A stretch of DNA of 248,000 nt from positions 20,001-268,000 of the forward strand of contig NZ_JMCB01000013.1 of assembly GCF_000737315.1 (NCBI RefSeq). The letters run 5' to 3'. Shown here piece after piece: positions 222,145-232,440 of the stretch. Under the pieces are notes generated by a model. That model saw only the letters and a program-made list of their open reading frames with translations. It ran no database searches and was not told the origin of the DNA. Position numbers and translations under genes: made by a program. Position 1 is the stretch's first letter, and the number at the start of each line of letters is the position of its first letter. Origin of the DNA: Hyalangium minutum. Its GTDB lineage: Bacteria; Myxococcota; Myxococcia; Myxococcales; Myxococcaceae.

Positions 222145-223727
222145 GAGCGCCTCCGCCGCCGCAGGCCGCCCCGCTTGCCCTTCTTCTTCGCCTCAGAAAT
222201 CTCCATGGGCGGGGAGACCTCCTTGTCCTTCTTGTCCGTGCCTCCGTTACGCACGCGCGCGTGGCCGGTGAGGATGTTCTCCGCGCTCTGGAAGGTGTCC
222301 GCCATGCGGATGCCCTCATCGGTGATGGAGAACTCGCGGATGCCGCTGTCGTACTGGCTCTCGCGCATCTTCATGATGGAGATGAGCCGGTACAGCTGCG
222401 AGCGCAGCTCCACGTAGCGCAGCAGGATGATGTTCTCCACGTAGGCGGCGGACTCGGCCAGCGGGGTCTCCACTCCGGGGCTGAGCAGGGGCGTCTCCTC
222501 GGAATAGAGCGTGGTGGCGTCCAGCATCCGCAGTTGGTGCGAGAGCGCGGAGAAGAAGCGCCCCATGCGATCCGGGTACACGGCGGCGGAGCGGAAGCCG
222601 GACACGCCGTCGATGAAGAGGCGGATCCGCTTCACGTTGCGCTCGTGGAGGCGCTCCAGGAGCCGCTCGGCCAGCGAATCCATGTTGTGCTCCAGCGGGG
222701 GCTGCCACTGGATCTCGATGAGGCCCTTGTCCACGTACTTCTTGAGGTCCTTCATGCCCACGCCCGCAGCCTTCTCCATCAGGCGCGGAGGCGTCTCGTA
222801 GAAGCCGAAGTAGACACCGGGCTGGCCCTCGCGGGCGCCCTGGAGCAGGAAGTGGAGCCCCAGCAGCGTCTTGCCCGTGCCGGGCGCGCCCAGGAGCATG
222901 GTGGTGGAGCCGGACAGCACGCCGCCCCGGAGCGACTCGTCCAGGCGGGGGATGCCGAAGGACATGCGGATGCGGTCCCCGGGGCTGTCCTCCTGGGGGT
223001 TGGCGAACTGCACCTCGGTGCGGGGGTGGATGACTATCCCCCGCTCGGAGATCTCCACCTCGTGCCGGCCGAGCAGCGAGTCGCTGCCGCGGAACTTCAG
223101 CGCGACAAGCTCCCGCACCGCGCGCGGTCCGGAGAGCCAGAGCGACAGCTCGAAGACACCGTCCACCGCGGTGTTCTCCGGGTGGGTGTCGCCCTCCTGG
223201 TGCGGAGAGAGCAGCAGGGTGGTGCAGCCGAGGATGCTCGTGAAGGCCTGCAGGTCCTGGAGGAAGCGCTTGAAGGACAGATCCGAGCGGGCGAACTCCT
223301 TGGCCGCGTCCATGCCGTCGATGATGAGCAGGGACACCTGGTTTTGCTGGGCCGTGCGTCGCACCATGTCCAGCAGGGCCTTGAGGCCGTCCTTCTCCAG
223401 CTCGGGGTAGCCGCTGACGTAGTGGAGCTTTTCGGGGATGACGCTCCGGTCGAAGAAGGTCATCTCCTCGATGTTGGCCAGCATGCGGGCGTGAGACTCC
223501 GTCAGGAGCGTCACGTAGAGGGCACGGCCGCCCTCCTTCACATGGTTGAAGGCGATCTGGTTGGCCAGCACCGTCTTGCCTGAGCCGGGAGGCCCCAAAA
223601 TGGCGTACGAGGAGCCTCTCAGCAGGCCGCCTTTGGTGATGAAGTCCAGCCGGGGCACTCGGGTGATGAGCCGCTTGTGCTCGGCCTTGCGGTCCTGCTC
223701 ACCGTGCCCCTTCTCTTGAGACGACAC
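222141..223727 (-). CDS. KaiC-like double-domain ATPase
   Basis: GPPGSGKT and GAPGTGKT; K.R motifs in both halves. Confidence 0.88.
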   Translation of the reverse strand: MSSQEKGHGEQDRKAEHKRLITRVPRLDFITKGGLLRGSSYAILGPPGSGKTVLANQIAFNHVKEGGRALYVTLLTESHARMLANIEEMTFFDRSVIPEKLHYVSGYPELEKDGLKALLDMVRRTAQQNQVSLLIIDGMDAAKEFARSDLSFKRFLQDLQAFTSILGCTTLLLSPHQEGDTHPENTAVDGVFELSLWLSGPRAVRELVALKFRGSDSLLGRHEVEISERGIVIHPRTEVQFANPQEDSPGDRIRMSFGIPRLDESLRGGVLSGSTTMLLGAPGTGKTLLGLHFLLQGAREGQPGVYFGFYETPPRLMEKAAGVGMKDLKKYVDKGLIEIQWQPPLEHNMDSLAERLLERLHERNVKRIRLFIDGVSGFRSAAVYPDRMGRFFSALSHQLRMLDATTLYSEETPLLSPGVETPLAESAAYVENIILLRYVELRSQLYRLISIMKMRESQYDSGIREFSITDEGIRMADTFQSAENILTGHARVRNGGTDKKDKEVSPPMEISEAKKKGKRGGLRRRRRS

Positions 223728-223748
223728 ACTCCCTCCTTCTGAAGCGCC

Positions 223749-224879
223749 TCAGTAGCGTTCGGTCCGGCGCAGGGGCAGCAGCACCTGGAAGGTGGCGCCC
223801 TGGCCGGGCTCGCTGGTGACCGAGATGGTCCCCCCGTGAGCCGTGACGATTTCCTTGGCGATGTAAAGGCCGAGCCCCAGGCTCTCGGACTGACGGGCCG
223901 TGGTAGCCCGCTCGAAGCGGTCGAAGATACGGGCCTGATCCTGAGGAGCGATCCCGATGCCATGATCCCTGACGAGGATGACGGCCCATTCCGGGCGCTC
224001 CTCCACGTGGATCTGCACGGGCCGGCCGCCGCCGTATTTGATGGCATTGGTGACCAGGTTGGTCAGCACCTGCTCCAGGCGAAGCCGATCTCCGAAGAGG
224101 ATGATGGGCTCGTGGTGCAGCTCGAACTGGAGTTCCACGCCCACGGCGCGGGCTTGGGCTTCGAGCCGCAGGGCCAGATCTCCGGTCAGCTCCACCAAGT
224201 CCAACGCGCTGATGTCCAGCCGGAGCTTGTGGCTGGTGACGCGGGACACGTCCAGCAGCGTGTCCAGCAGCTGTTGCAGCCGATCGATCTGGCGGAGGGC
224301 GGGGGTGAGGCTCTTCTCGACGGTGGTCTTGGGGATGGTTTCGGTGGCGCCGCGGGTGGTCAGGTAGAGCGTGCGCTCCAGGTGGAGGCGCAGGGCGGTG
224401 AGCGGGGTCTTCAGCTCGTGGGCGGCGACGGAGAGAAACTCGTCTCGCTCGCGGATGGCGCCCTGGGCGCGGCTCTGGAGGCGCAGGAGCGCCTCGATGT
224501 TGGCCAGGAGCTCCTCCTCTTCCATGGGAGTGGTCCAGTAGGCGTCCGCACCGTGAGCCAGGCCCCGGATGCGGTCCTCACGCTGGACGGAGACGGCGGA
224601 GAGGTGGGCAATGAGGAGATCTTGGGTCTCCTCATGGTTGCGAAGGCGCCGGCAGACCTCGTAGCCATCGATGTCGGGCAGGTGAACGTCCAGGAGGACG
224701 AGGTCCGGCCTGCCCTCGGCGATGGACAGGGCCTGCTTGCCGTTCTTGGCCTCGAGGACCTGGTAGCCGGCCATGCGCAGCATGTGGCTGACCATGTAGA
224801 GGGTCGCAGGGTGATCGTTGACGTTGAGGATGGTCGCCTTGGGAGGCGGCCGCTCACCCATGTTTCCTGGCGCGTTCAC
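223749..224879 (-). CDS. REC-histidine kinase hybrid
   Basis: DVHLP, AHELKTPL, GLGLGL. Confidence 0.92.
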   Translation of the reverse strand: MNAPGNMGERPPPKATILNVNDHPATLYMVSHMLRMAGYQVLEAKNGKQALSIAEGRPDLVLLDVHLPDIDGYEVCRRLRNHEETQDLLIAHLSAVSVQREDRIRGLAHGADAYWTTPMEEEELLANIEALLRLQSRAQGAIRERDEFLSVAAHELKTPLTALRLHLERTLYLTTRGATETIPKTTVEKSLTPALRQIDRLQQLLDTLLDVSRVTSHKLRLDISALDLVELTGDLALRLEAQARAVGVELQFELHHEPIILFGDRLRLEQVLTNLVTNAIKYGGGRPVQIHVEERPEWAVILVRDHGIGIAPQDQARIFDRFERATTARQSESLGLGLYIAKEIVTAHGGTISVTSEPGQGATFQVLLPLRRTERY

Positions 224880-225050
224880 AAAGTCTTTCCGCGAGGGAGA
224901 CTGTGTACCGTCGTTCAGAAGCGGAATCCCACCAGGAAGTTTTTACGTCCGAATCCCTTCAAGCCTCCCCCCCGGTGTTGCTTGGTAGGCAGTCATGCGA
225001 TGAGGTGTGAGATAGGCAACGTCTGAAGAGAGAGCCGCTCGTCACGCCCC

Positions 225051-225872
225051 TCAAGAAATGGCAGCGCGGGAGCGGAGCTTCTGGAACTGCTCCGGGGGCA
225101 TGGAGGCCGTGCCCAGATGCCGCCCCGGCGCCACCTTCTCTCCGTGGAAGTCGCTGCCCGCCGTGGGCACCAGCTCGAACTCCTTCGCCAGTGCCATGTA
225201 CTTCTCCCGCACGCTCGGGTTGTGGTCCGAGTGGTACACCTCCAGCCCCGAGAGCCCGGCCTTCGCCAGTTGCGCGATCTCCATCCGGTTCATCTTCGAG
225301 GTGCCCGGGTGCGCCAGCGTCGCGGTGCCGCCCGCGTTCCGGATCAGCTGGATGGCGTCCACCCCGTCCAGCCGGTAGCGGTCCACCCACGCAGGGCGTC
225401 CGTCTCCCAGGAAGCGGTCGAACGCCTCCTTTGTATCTACGCACCAGCCTTTCTCCACCAGCACCCGCGCCAGGTGCGGCCGGCCCAGGTGGGCCTTGTC
225501 CGCGATGGCGTACACGTCCTGCATCCGCACCGGGAAGCCGAGCTTGCGCATCTTCTCCACCATCTGCTCCATGCGCTGCTCGCGCTCGATGCGCAGCTTG
225601 TCGGCGAACTGGGAGATGTCCGGGTCCTCCGGCCGCAGGAAGTGCCCCAGAATGTGGGCCTCCCGCCCCAGCACGAACGCGGACAGCTCGATGCCGGGTA
225701 CCAGCTCCAGGCCCCGGGCCTTCGCCGCCGCCATCGCCGCCGCCAGCCCTGCCACCGTGTCGTGGTCTGTCACCGCCAGCACCGTCACCCCCGCTGCAGC
225801 CGCCATGCTCAGCAGCTCGTCGGGGGAGTGCTGTCCATCGCTTGCAGTGGTGTGGGAGTGCAGATCAATCAC
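225051..225872 (-). CDS. PHP domain phosphoesterase
   Basis: DLHSHT..SDG, TDHD, GSDFHG. Confidence 0.92.
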   Translation of the reverse strand: MIDLHSHTTASDGQHSPDELLSMAAAAGVTVLAVTDHDTVAGLAAAMAAAKARGLELVPGIELSAFVLGREAHILGHFLRPEDPDISQFADKLRIEREQRMEQMVEKMRKLGFPVRMQDVYAIADKAHLGRPHLARVLVEKGWCVDTKEAFDRFLGDGRPAWVDRYRLDGVDAIQLIRNAGGTATLAHPGTSKMNRMEIAQLAKAGLSGLEVYHSDHNPSVREKYMALAKEFELVPTAGSDFHGEKVAPGRHLGTASMPPEQFQKLRSRAAIS

Positions 225873-226033
225873 GGCGTGCTCCAGGGTTCAGGGAGAAGGG
225901 GAGGGGCTCCTGTCTCTCTATCTACCTGAAGCCCGGTCCGGCGGCATGCCTGGGGGCGGACTGGCCATGACTGAACGCCTGCCCCCGAGTCCCTCACCGT
226001 GCCGGGCCGCCTGCGCGTAGAGTCCTCGACACC

Positions 226034-226300
226034 ATGGCCAAGACGGACGACACCATCGAGAACCGGGTCTATCTCTTCGAGTCGCTCGCGAGCAGCTACG
226101 TGGCGGCCGCCTCCGAGCTGCTGGGCTCCGACGACGCCTCCGTGCGCGAGCGGGCCCGGCGCGCCCTGGCGGAGCTGGCCTACGTCTCCTGCGTGGTGGC
226201 CGACACCCAGCACCTGTCCCCCGAGCAGGTTCGCGACCGCATCCTGGGCGCTCCCGAGCCGGAACCGGCCCCCAAGTCCAAGGCCGGGGGCCGCCGGTAG
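226034..226300 (+). CDS. Small hypothetical protein
   Basis: GC3-biased ORF. Confidence 0.55.
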   Translation: MAKTDDTIENRVYLFESLASSYVAAASELLGSDDASVRERARRALAELAYVSCVVADTQHLSPEQVRDRILGAPEPEPAPKSKAGGRR

Positions 226301-226347
226301 CGCGGATCGCTCCCCACAGCGCGCCGCGGATGGTATAGCCGCGCGCC

Positions 226348-227568
226348 ATGGCCAAGACCTCGAACCCGAAGAAGTCCCTCCGCGCTGCCTACTCGGGGGC
226401 GCGCAAGGCGGATCCCCGTCCCATCACCGGCAAGGAGAAGCCGGCTGAGCTGCTCGCCCATGCCTTCAGCGCCTACGTGGGCCGTCAGGAGCGCACCGCG
226501 TTCGAGCTCATGTCCAAGTCGGTGGAACAGGACGCGTCCATCTTCCTCACGCTGTCGGGCGCCATGACGCCGGCGGGCCTGCACCAGAGCTGCCTCATCC
226601 CACTCATCGAGAAGGGCGTCATCTCCGCGCTGACCACCACGGGCGCCAACCTCTACCACGATGCCCACCGCATCATCGGCCACGCCATTCGCGAGGTGAA
226701 CCCGAACGCGGGCGACCTTCAGTACCGGCTGGCGCGCATCATCCGCATCTACGACTTGGGCTTCTGGGAGGAGGCGCTGCTGGACACGGACCGGCTTTTC
226801 TCCGCCATCATCCGCGGCCCCGAGTTCCAGCGGAAGATGACCACCCCCGAGTTCCACTACTTGCTGGGCAAGGCCGTCTACCAGATCGAGAAGAAGCTGG
226901 GCGTGAAGCAGCCCTCGCTGCTGTCCACCTGCTACAAGCACGCAGTGCCCATCTGGGTGGGCGCGGTGCAGGACGGCTCGATCTTCCTGAACGTCGTGAA
227001 GCTCAAGCGCCTGCTGGGCGCCGAGTTCAAGTTCGAGCTCGACATCAACGACGACGTCTACTCCATGGCGGCGATGCAGCACTTCTGCCGCCACAACGGC
227101 TCCAAGCGGCTGGCGATCTGGATCCTCGGGGGTGGCGTGCCCAAGAACTACACGCTGCAGGGCGAGCCGCTGCTGGACCAGATCCTCAACGTGCCCACCA
227201 CGGGCTTCGACATCGACGTGCAGTTCTGCGTGGACCCGGTGGACAACGGGGCGCTGTCGAGCTGCCCGGCCGGTGAGGGCCACACCTGGGGCAAGGTCTC
227301 CGTGGAGGCCGTGGAGACGGGCTCGGTGTACGTGCACTGTGACGTGACGGCCGTGTTCCCCTGGCTCACGCACGCGCTGCTGTCCGAGCCGAAGAACAAG
227401 CGCAAGCCCATGCGGCTGATGGACAAGATGGGCGAGGCCATCTCCTTCCTGGACAAGGACGTGCGCAAGCGCAGCAAGGAGTTGATGAAGACGCTGGACT
227501 GGAGCATCCAGGACGCGGAGCCCTCGAAGGAAGAGGACGCCGAGAAGCACGAGGCTTACGTCCGCTAA
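226348..227568 (+). CDS. Deoxyhypusine synthase-like (probable homospermidine synthase)
   Basis: SGAM, TTGAN, GGGVPKN, GALS. Confidence 0.85.
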   Translation: MAKTSNPKKSLRAAYSGARKADPRPITGKEKPAELLAHAFSAYVGRQERTAFELMSKSVEQDASIFLTLSGAMTPAGLHQSCLIPLIEKGVISALTTTGANLYHDAHRIIGHAIREVNPNAGDLQYRLARIIRIYDLGFWEEALLDTDRLFSAIIRGPEFQRKMTTPEFHYLLGKAVYQIEKKLGVKQPSLLSTCYKHAVPIWVGAVQDGSIFLNVVKLKRLLGAEFKFELDINDDVYSMAAMQHFCRHNGSKRLAIWILGGGVPKNYTLQGEPLLDQILNVPTTGFDIDVQFCVDPVDNGALSSCPAGEGHTWGKVSVEAVETGSVYVHCDVTAVFPWLTHALLSEPKNKRKPMRLMDKMGEAISFLDKDVRKRSKELMKTLDWSIQDAEPSKEEDAEKHEAYVR

Positions 227569-227592
227569 CCCGTTGTGCACAGGAGCACTGAC

Positions 227593-228039
227593 ATGAGCCA
227601 GCCCTCGCAGCCCACCGGTGTGGTGATGACCGCCATCACCGCTCCGGCCTTCAAGACGCAGCTTGAGCACGGGCCCTCGGGCTCGCGCATGAACACGGAG
227701 GCCCCCAAGGACAACGGCGGGACGGGGGCCTCGTTCTCGCCCACGGACTTGGTGGGCGCGGCGCTCGCCTCGTGCGCGGTGACGACGATGGCGCTGACCG
227801 CCTCGCGCGAGGGCATTCCCTTTGGGGAAGCCCGGGCCACGGTGGAGAAGCGGATGACGCCTCCGCCGCGCCGCATTGGCGAGCTGGTGCTGCAGATCCA
227901 GATGCCCGCGGGCCTGTCCAAGGCGCACCGGGCCCGGCTGGAGGAGGCTGCCCACGGCTGCCCCGTGGCACGAAGCCTCCACCCGGACCTGAAGCTGCCC
228001 GTCACCTTCACCTACCCGGACGAGCCCCGCGAGGGCTGA
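227593..228039 (+). CDS. OsmC family protein
   Basis: SPTDL..AALASC, CPVA.SL. Confidence 0.9.
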   Translation: MSQPSQPTGVVMTAITAPAFKTQLEHGPSGSRMNTEAPKDNGGTGASFSPTDLVGAALASCAVTTMALTASREGIPFGEARATVEKRMTPPPRRIGELVLQIQMPAGLSKAHRARLEEAAHGCPVARSLHPDLKLPVTFTYPDEPREG

Positions 228040-228166
228040 CGCTTGGGTGCCTGCTGACGCGCGTCTGAGCTTCCCTGCCTGGTGTCCAGGCACTGGGGCG
228101 CTGACGCCTGCAAGCCCCGGCGGGAATGCCAACCCTGGCAGGAGTCATCCGCCAGGGAGGCAGACC

Positions 228167-228703
228167 GTGGACGTCAAGCTGCTGGGCATCTACCTGAACG
228201 ATCATCTCGCCGGCTCGCACACGGGGCTCGAGCTCGCGCGCCGTGCGCACCGGGAGAACCGGGACAACGCAGTGGGGCGCTACCTCATCACGTTCATCAA
228301 GGAGCTGGAGGATGAGCGCACGGTGCTGCAGCAGATCATGCGTGCGCTGGGCGTGACCCGGAACGAGTTCAAGCACCTCGCGGGGTGGGTCATGGAGAAG
228401 GTGGCGCGGCTGAAGACCCACACCCATCTGGTGCACCGCACGCCCCTGACCCGGATGGTGGAGCTGGAGGCGCTGTCCATCGCGGTGATCGGCAAGCGCT
228501 CCATGTGGACCCTGCTGCAGCGGCACGCGCGAGTCGAGCGGCGGCTGGCGGGCTTTGACTTCGAGACGCTCATCGCCCAGGCGGAGTCGCAGCACGTGTC
228601 GCTGGACCGGCTGCGCCTGCAGGCCGCGGAGACAGCCTTCATGCAAGCGCCACTGCCCTCTGGCGTGGCCTCGCCCCTGGAGCACCCCGAACACGTGGGG
228701 TGA
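228167..228703 (+). CDS. Four-helix hypothetical protein
   Basis: YLNDHLAG, ELEAL..AV.GK. Confidence 0.7.
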   Translation: MDVKLLGIYLNDHLAGSHTGLELARRAHRENRDNAVGRYLITFIKELEDERTVLQQIMRALGVTRNEFKHLAGWVMEKVARLKTHTHLVHRTPLTRMVELEALSIAVIGKRSMWTLLQRHARVERRLAGFDFETLIAQAESQHVSLDRLRLQAAETAFMQAPLPSGVASPLEHPEHVG

Positions 228704-228847
228704 AGCTGGCCCCGAGTCCACCCTGGATGTGGGCCTCCGGACAGGGGCAGGACAGGAGCGTGGAGTCCGCGACAGGCCTCCGGAATTTGCTTATCCGCCC
228801 GGCGGAGAGCTTCTGTACGTGGGAGCCCATCCTTCCACGGGCGGTGT

Positions 228848-229495
228848 ATGGGGCTCTTTCCTCCAGGCACAGACGACGTGATCCGCGGGGTGCTCGGCCT
228901 GATGGCGGGGCTTCCCGTGGTGGGCACCGTGGGGCTGATGCTCATGGCCCGGAGCCCCCTGGGCACCTCAGCCTTCGAGCCGGTGCAACAACCCGTGCAG
229001 TTCGACCACCGCCACCATGTCGGGGATGAGGGCATCGGCTGCCGCTACTGCCATGAGGGCGCCTGGGAGGGGCCCTTCGCGGGTGTTCCGCCCACCAGCC
229101 GGTGCATGGGCTGCCACGCGCAGATCTGGAACGAGAGCTCGCTGCTAGCACCCGTGCGCGAGAGCTACTTCCAGGACCGGCCCATTCCCTGGAACCGCGT
229201 CCACCGGCTGCCGCACTTCACGTTCTTCAACCACTCCATCCATGTCCATAAGGGCGTGGGGTGCGTGAGCTGCCACGGCCGCGTGGATCAGATGCCGCTC
229301 GTGCAGCAGGTGGTCCCTCTCACCATGGGCTGGTGCCTGGAGTGCCATCGCGATCCGGCGCCCCACCTGCGCCCACTGGAGCACATCGCCGACATGACAT
229401 GGCGGCCCGCGGGTGATGCCCGCGAGGTGGGCCGCCGGGTGATGCAAGCGCTGCAGGTCTCCCCTCGCACCGAGTGCACCACATGCCATCGCTGA
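228848..229495 (+). CDS. actA: ACIII multiheme cytochrome c ActA
   Basis: Five CxxCH motifs. Confidence 0.9.
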   Translation: MGLFPPGTDDVIRGVLGLMAGLPVVGTVGLMLMARSPLGTSAFEPVQQPVQFDHRHHVGDEGIGCRYCHEGAWEGPFAGVPPTSRCMGCHAQIWNESSLLAPVRESYFQDRPIPWNRVHRLPHFTFFNHSIHVHKGVGCVSCHGRVDQMPLVQQVVPLTMGWCLECHRDPAPHLRPLEHIADMTWRPAGDAREVGRRVMQALQVSPRTECTTCHR

Positions 229496-232440
229496 AGGAG
229501 CGCTACCCCCTGCCAGTGCTAGCCGAGGCGCCCGACGCGTGGCGCAGCCTCGAGGAGCGCCGTGCCACGCTGGCCGCGCCCGAGGGCGAGTTCCCCCTGG
229601 GAGCCTCCGAGCCGCCTCAGGGGATCTCCCGCCGGGCGGTGCTGGAGCTGGCCGCCTTCGGGGCCGCCGCGGCGGGGCTGTCCGGCTGTTTCCGGCAGCC
229701 TCCCGAGAAGGTGATGCCCTATTCGAAGCAGCCGCCCGAGGTGACGCCCGGAGTGCCGCTGCACTACGCCACGGGGCTCACGCTGGAGGGCTACGTGCGC
229801 GGCCTCGTGGTGCGCAGCCACGAGGGCCGGCCCACCAAGGTGGAGGGCAACCCTGAGCAACCCGAGAGCCTCGGTGCGGCGGGTGCGCATGAACAGGCAT
229901 CGTTGCTCGGGCTGTACGATCCACACCGCGCGCGCGTGGTGCGCCACCAGGGGGAGCCTGTCTCTCGCGCTGCGCTCTTCTCGTGGCTGATCGAGCGCGC
230001 CCAGCGGAACGACGGGGGCGCCGGACTTCGGCTGCTGGTAGAGCCCAGTGCCTCTCCGCTGTGGGCGGACACCTATGCGCGGCTGCTCGAGCGCTACCCT
230101 CGCGCGAAGGTGGTGCCCTTCAGCGGCATCGAGCCAGTGCAGGCGCGCGAGGGGGCCCGGCTCGCCTTCGGTCGGCCGCTCCAGGTGCTGCCTCGCTTCT
230201 CGGAGGCACGCACGGTGGTGTCGCTGGACGACGACTTCCTGTCCACGTTGCCAGGGAGCCCGCGCACAGCGCGTGAGTTCGTCTCCGCTCGCGCCCGGCC
230301 GGAGAGCAATCGGCTGTGGGTGGTGGAGAGCCACTTGAGCGTCACGGGCGCCTTCGCGGATCACCGGCTGAGAGCCCGGCCCTCCCGGCTGCCGCATTTG
230401 GCGCGCGCGCTGGCCGCCGAGGTGGGACGGGCGCTGGGGCACGCGGGGCTCGCGAGTCTCGCCGACGGCACCACGTCCCTGAGCGAGACGGAGCGGCGCT
230501 GGCTGACGGTGGCAGCCAAGGATCTCGTGGCGCAGCGAGGCGCGGCGCTGGTGGTGGCCGGAGCGCGGCAGCCCGCAGCGGTTCATGCGCTCGCACACTG
230601 GCTCAACGAGGCCCTCGGCCCGGGCGCGCTGGTGCGCTTCGTGGACGAGCTGCTCAGCCCTGTGCCAGACGCCTCGGCGCTGCCGGCCCTGGTGGAGGAG
230701 CTGCGCGCCGGGACCGTGGACACGCTGATCATCACCGCCTGGAACCCTGTCTACCGTGCGCCCGTGGATGTGCCTCTCGTCGAGGCGCTCGGGCGGGTGC
230801 CGTACACGGTGTACTGCGCGCTCGAGGAGGACGAGACGGCTGCGGCGTGTACTTGGTTCGTCCCCGCTACTCACCCTTATGAGACGTGGGGAGATGGGCG
230901 GGCTCCGGAGGGAACCGCGACGATCCTCCAGCCGCTCATCGCCCCGCTGCAGGAGGCCGCGGTGGCGCCGCTGGACCTGTTGGCGGCCTTCACCGGAACG
231001 CTGGAGATGCCGCCCTACGAGCGGCTTCGGACGTTGTGGCGGGAGCGGGCCGGGCGTCCAGTGAGGTTCCAGGAGGCATGGGAGGGCTGGCTGGCCACGG
231101 GGGTCGTGCCAGGCACCGAGCTGCCGGCGCTCCAGGCGCGGGTGGACGCGGAGGCGGTCCTCGCGGCAGCGCGGGCACTTCGTCCCGCAGGGGAGGGACT
231201 CGAGCTGCACTTCGTGCCGGATCTCAAGCTCTACGATGGGCGCTTCGGTGCCAACCCGTGGCTGCAGGAGCTGCCCGATCCCATGACCCAGCTCACGTGG
231301 GACAACGCCGCCCTGGTGAGCCCCGCGACGGCCGCCCGGCTGGGGCTGGAGAGGGGTTCTCGGGTTCGGTTGGAGCTCCGGGGCCGCGCGCTGGAGGTGG
231401 CGGTGTTGCCCGTGCCCGGTCAGGCCGATGACACGGTGACGCTCCCGCTCGGCTACGGGCGGACGCGGGGCAGCCCCGTGGCACAGGGCGTGGGCTTCAA
231501 CGCGTACACCCTGTGGCATCAGGACTCGCCGGGGTGGGCCACGGGAGCGCGGCTCTCCCTGCTGGAGGGCCACCACGCCTTCGCGCTGACGCAGGAGCAC
231601 TGGCGGATGGAGGAGCGGCCCCTGGCGCTCCAGACGACGCAGGCCCGGTTCAAGGCCCACACGGACATGCTGCAAGGGATGCAGGAGCCCACGGAGCACC
231701 TCTACCCGCCGCCGGGGCCTCCGGTCGAGCCGCCCCACCGCTGGGGGATGGCCATCGATCTGCACCGCTGCACCGGGTGCAGCGCGTGCGTGGTGGCCTG
231801 CCAGGCGGAGAACAACATCCCTGTGGTGGGCAAGCACGAGGTGCTGCGCGGCCGGGAGATGCACTGGCTGCGCATCGATCGCTACTTCCTGGGAGACGAG
231901 CACGAGCCGGGAGTCATCACCCAGCCGCTGATGTGCGTGCACTGCGAGTACGCCCCTTGCGAGTACGTGTGCCCCGTTAACGCCACCGTCCACTCGGACG
232001 AGGGCCTCAACCAGATGATCTACAACCGCTGCATCGGCACGCGGTACTGCTCGAACAACTGCCCGTACAAGGTCCGCCGCTTCAACTACCTGGACTATAC
232101 GGGCCACGACCCGCTGGCGCGGATGCACCGCAATCCCCAGGTGACGGTGCGCTCGCGCGGGGTGATGGAGAAGTGCACCTACTGCGTGCAGCGCATCGAG
232201 TCGGCGCGCATCACCGCGCGCGTGGAGCGCCGCACCATCCGTGAGGGCGAGGTCCGCACGGCCTGCCAGCAGGCGTGTCCCACGGAGGCCATCGTCTTCG
232301 GAGATCTCAACCGCCCGGAGTCCCGCGTCTCCCAGCTTCACGAGGATCCCCGCCACTACAAGCTGCTGCACGAGCTGGGGACCGCGCCGCGCACGGTCCA
232401 CCTGTTGCGGCTGAAGAACCCGCACGAGGAACTCGGATGA
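229474..232440 (+). CDS. actB: ACIII ActB (molybdopterin-like + Fe-S)
   Basis: Tat-like SRR, GRPTKVEGNP, CTGC..C, MEKCTYC. Confidence 0.9.
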   Translation: MHHMPSLKERYPLPVLAEAPDAWRSLEERRATLAAPEGEFPLGASEPPQGISRRAVLELAAFGAAAAGLSGCFRQPPEKVMPYSKQPPEVTPGVPLHYATGLTLEGYVRGLVVRSHEGRPTKVEGNPEQPESLGAAGAHEQASLLGLYDPHRARVVRHQGEPVSRAALFSWLIERAQRNDGGAGLRLLVEPSASPLWADTYARLLERYPRAKVVPFSGIEPVQAREGARLAFGRPLQVLPRFSEARTVVSLDDDFLSTLPGSPRTAREFVSARARPESNRLWVVESHLSVTGAFADHRLRARPSRLPHLARALAAEVGRALGHAGLASLADGTTSLSETERRWLTVAAKDLVAQRGAALVVAGARQPAAVHALAHWLNEALGPGALVRFVDELLSPVPDASALPALVEELRAGTVDTLIITAWNPVYRAPVDVPLVEALGRVPYTVYCALEEDETAAACTWFVPATHPYETWGDGRAPEGTATILQPLIAPLQEAAVAPLDLLAAFTGTLEMPPYERLRTLWRERAGRPVRFQEAWEGWLATGVVPGTELPALQARVDAEAVLAAARALRPAGEGLELHFVPDLKLYDGRFGANPWLQELPDPMTQLTWDNAALVSPATAARLGLERGSRVRLELRGRALEVAVLPVPGQADDTVTLPLGYGRTRGSPVAQGVGFNAYTLWHQDSPGWATGARLSLLEGHHAFALTQEHWRMEERPLALQTTQARFKAHTDMLQGMQEPTEHLYPPPGPPVEPPHRWGMAIDLHRCTGCSACVVACQAENNIPVVGKHEVLRGREMHWLRIDRYFLGDEHEPGVITQPLMCVHCEYAPCEYVCPVNATVHSDEGLNQMIYNRCIGTRYCSNNCPYKVRRFNYLDYTGHDPLARMHRNPQVTVRSRGVMEKCTYCVQRIESARITARVERRTIREGEVRTACQQACPTEAIVFGDLNRPESRVSQLHEDPRHYKLLHELGTAPRTVHLLRLKNPHEELG

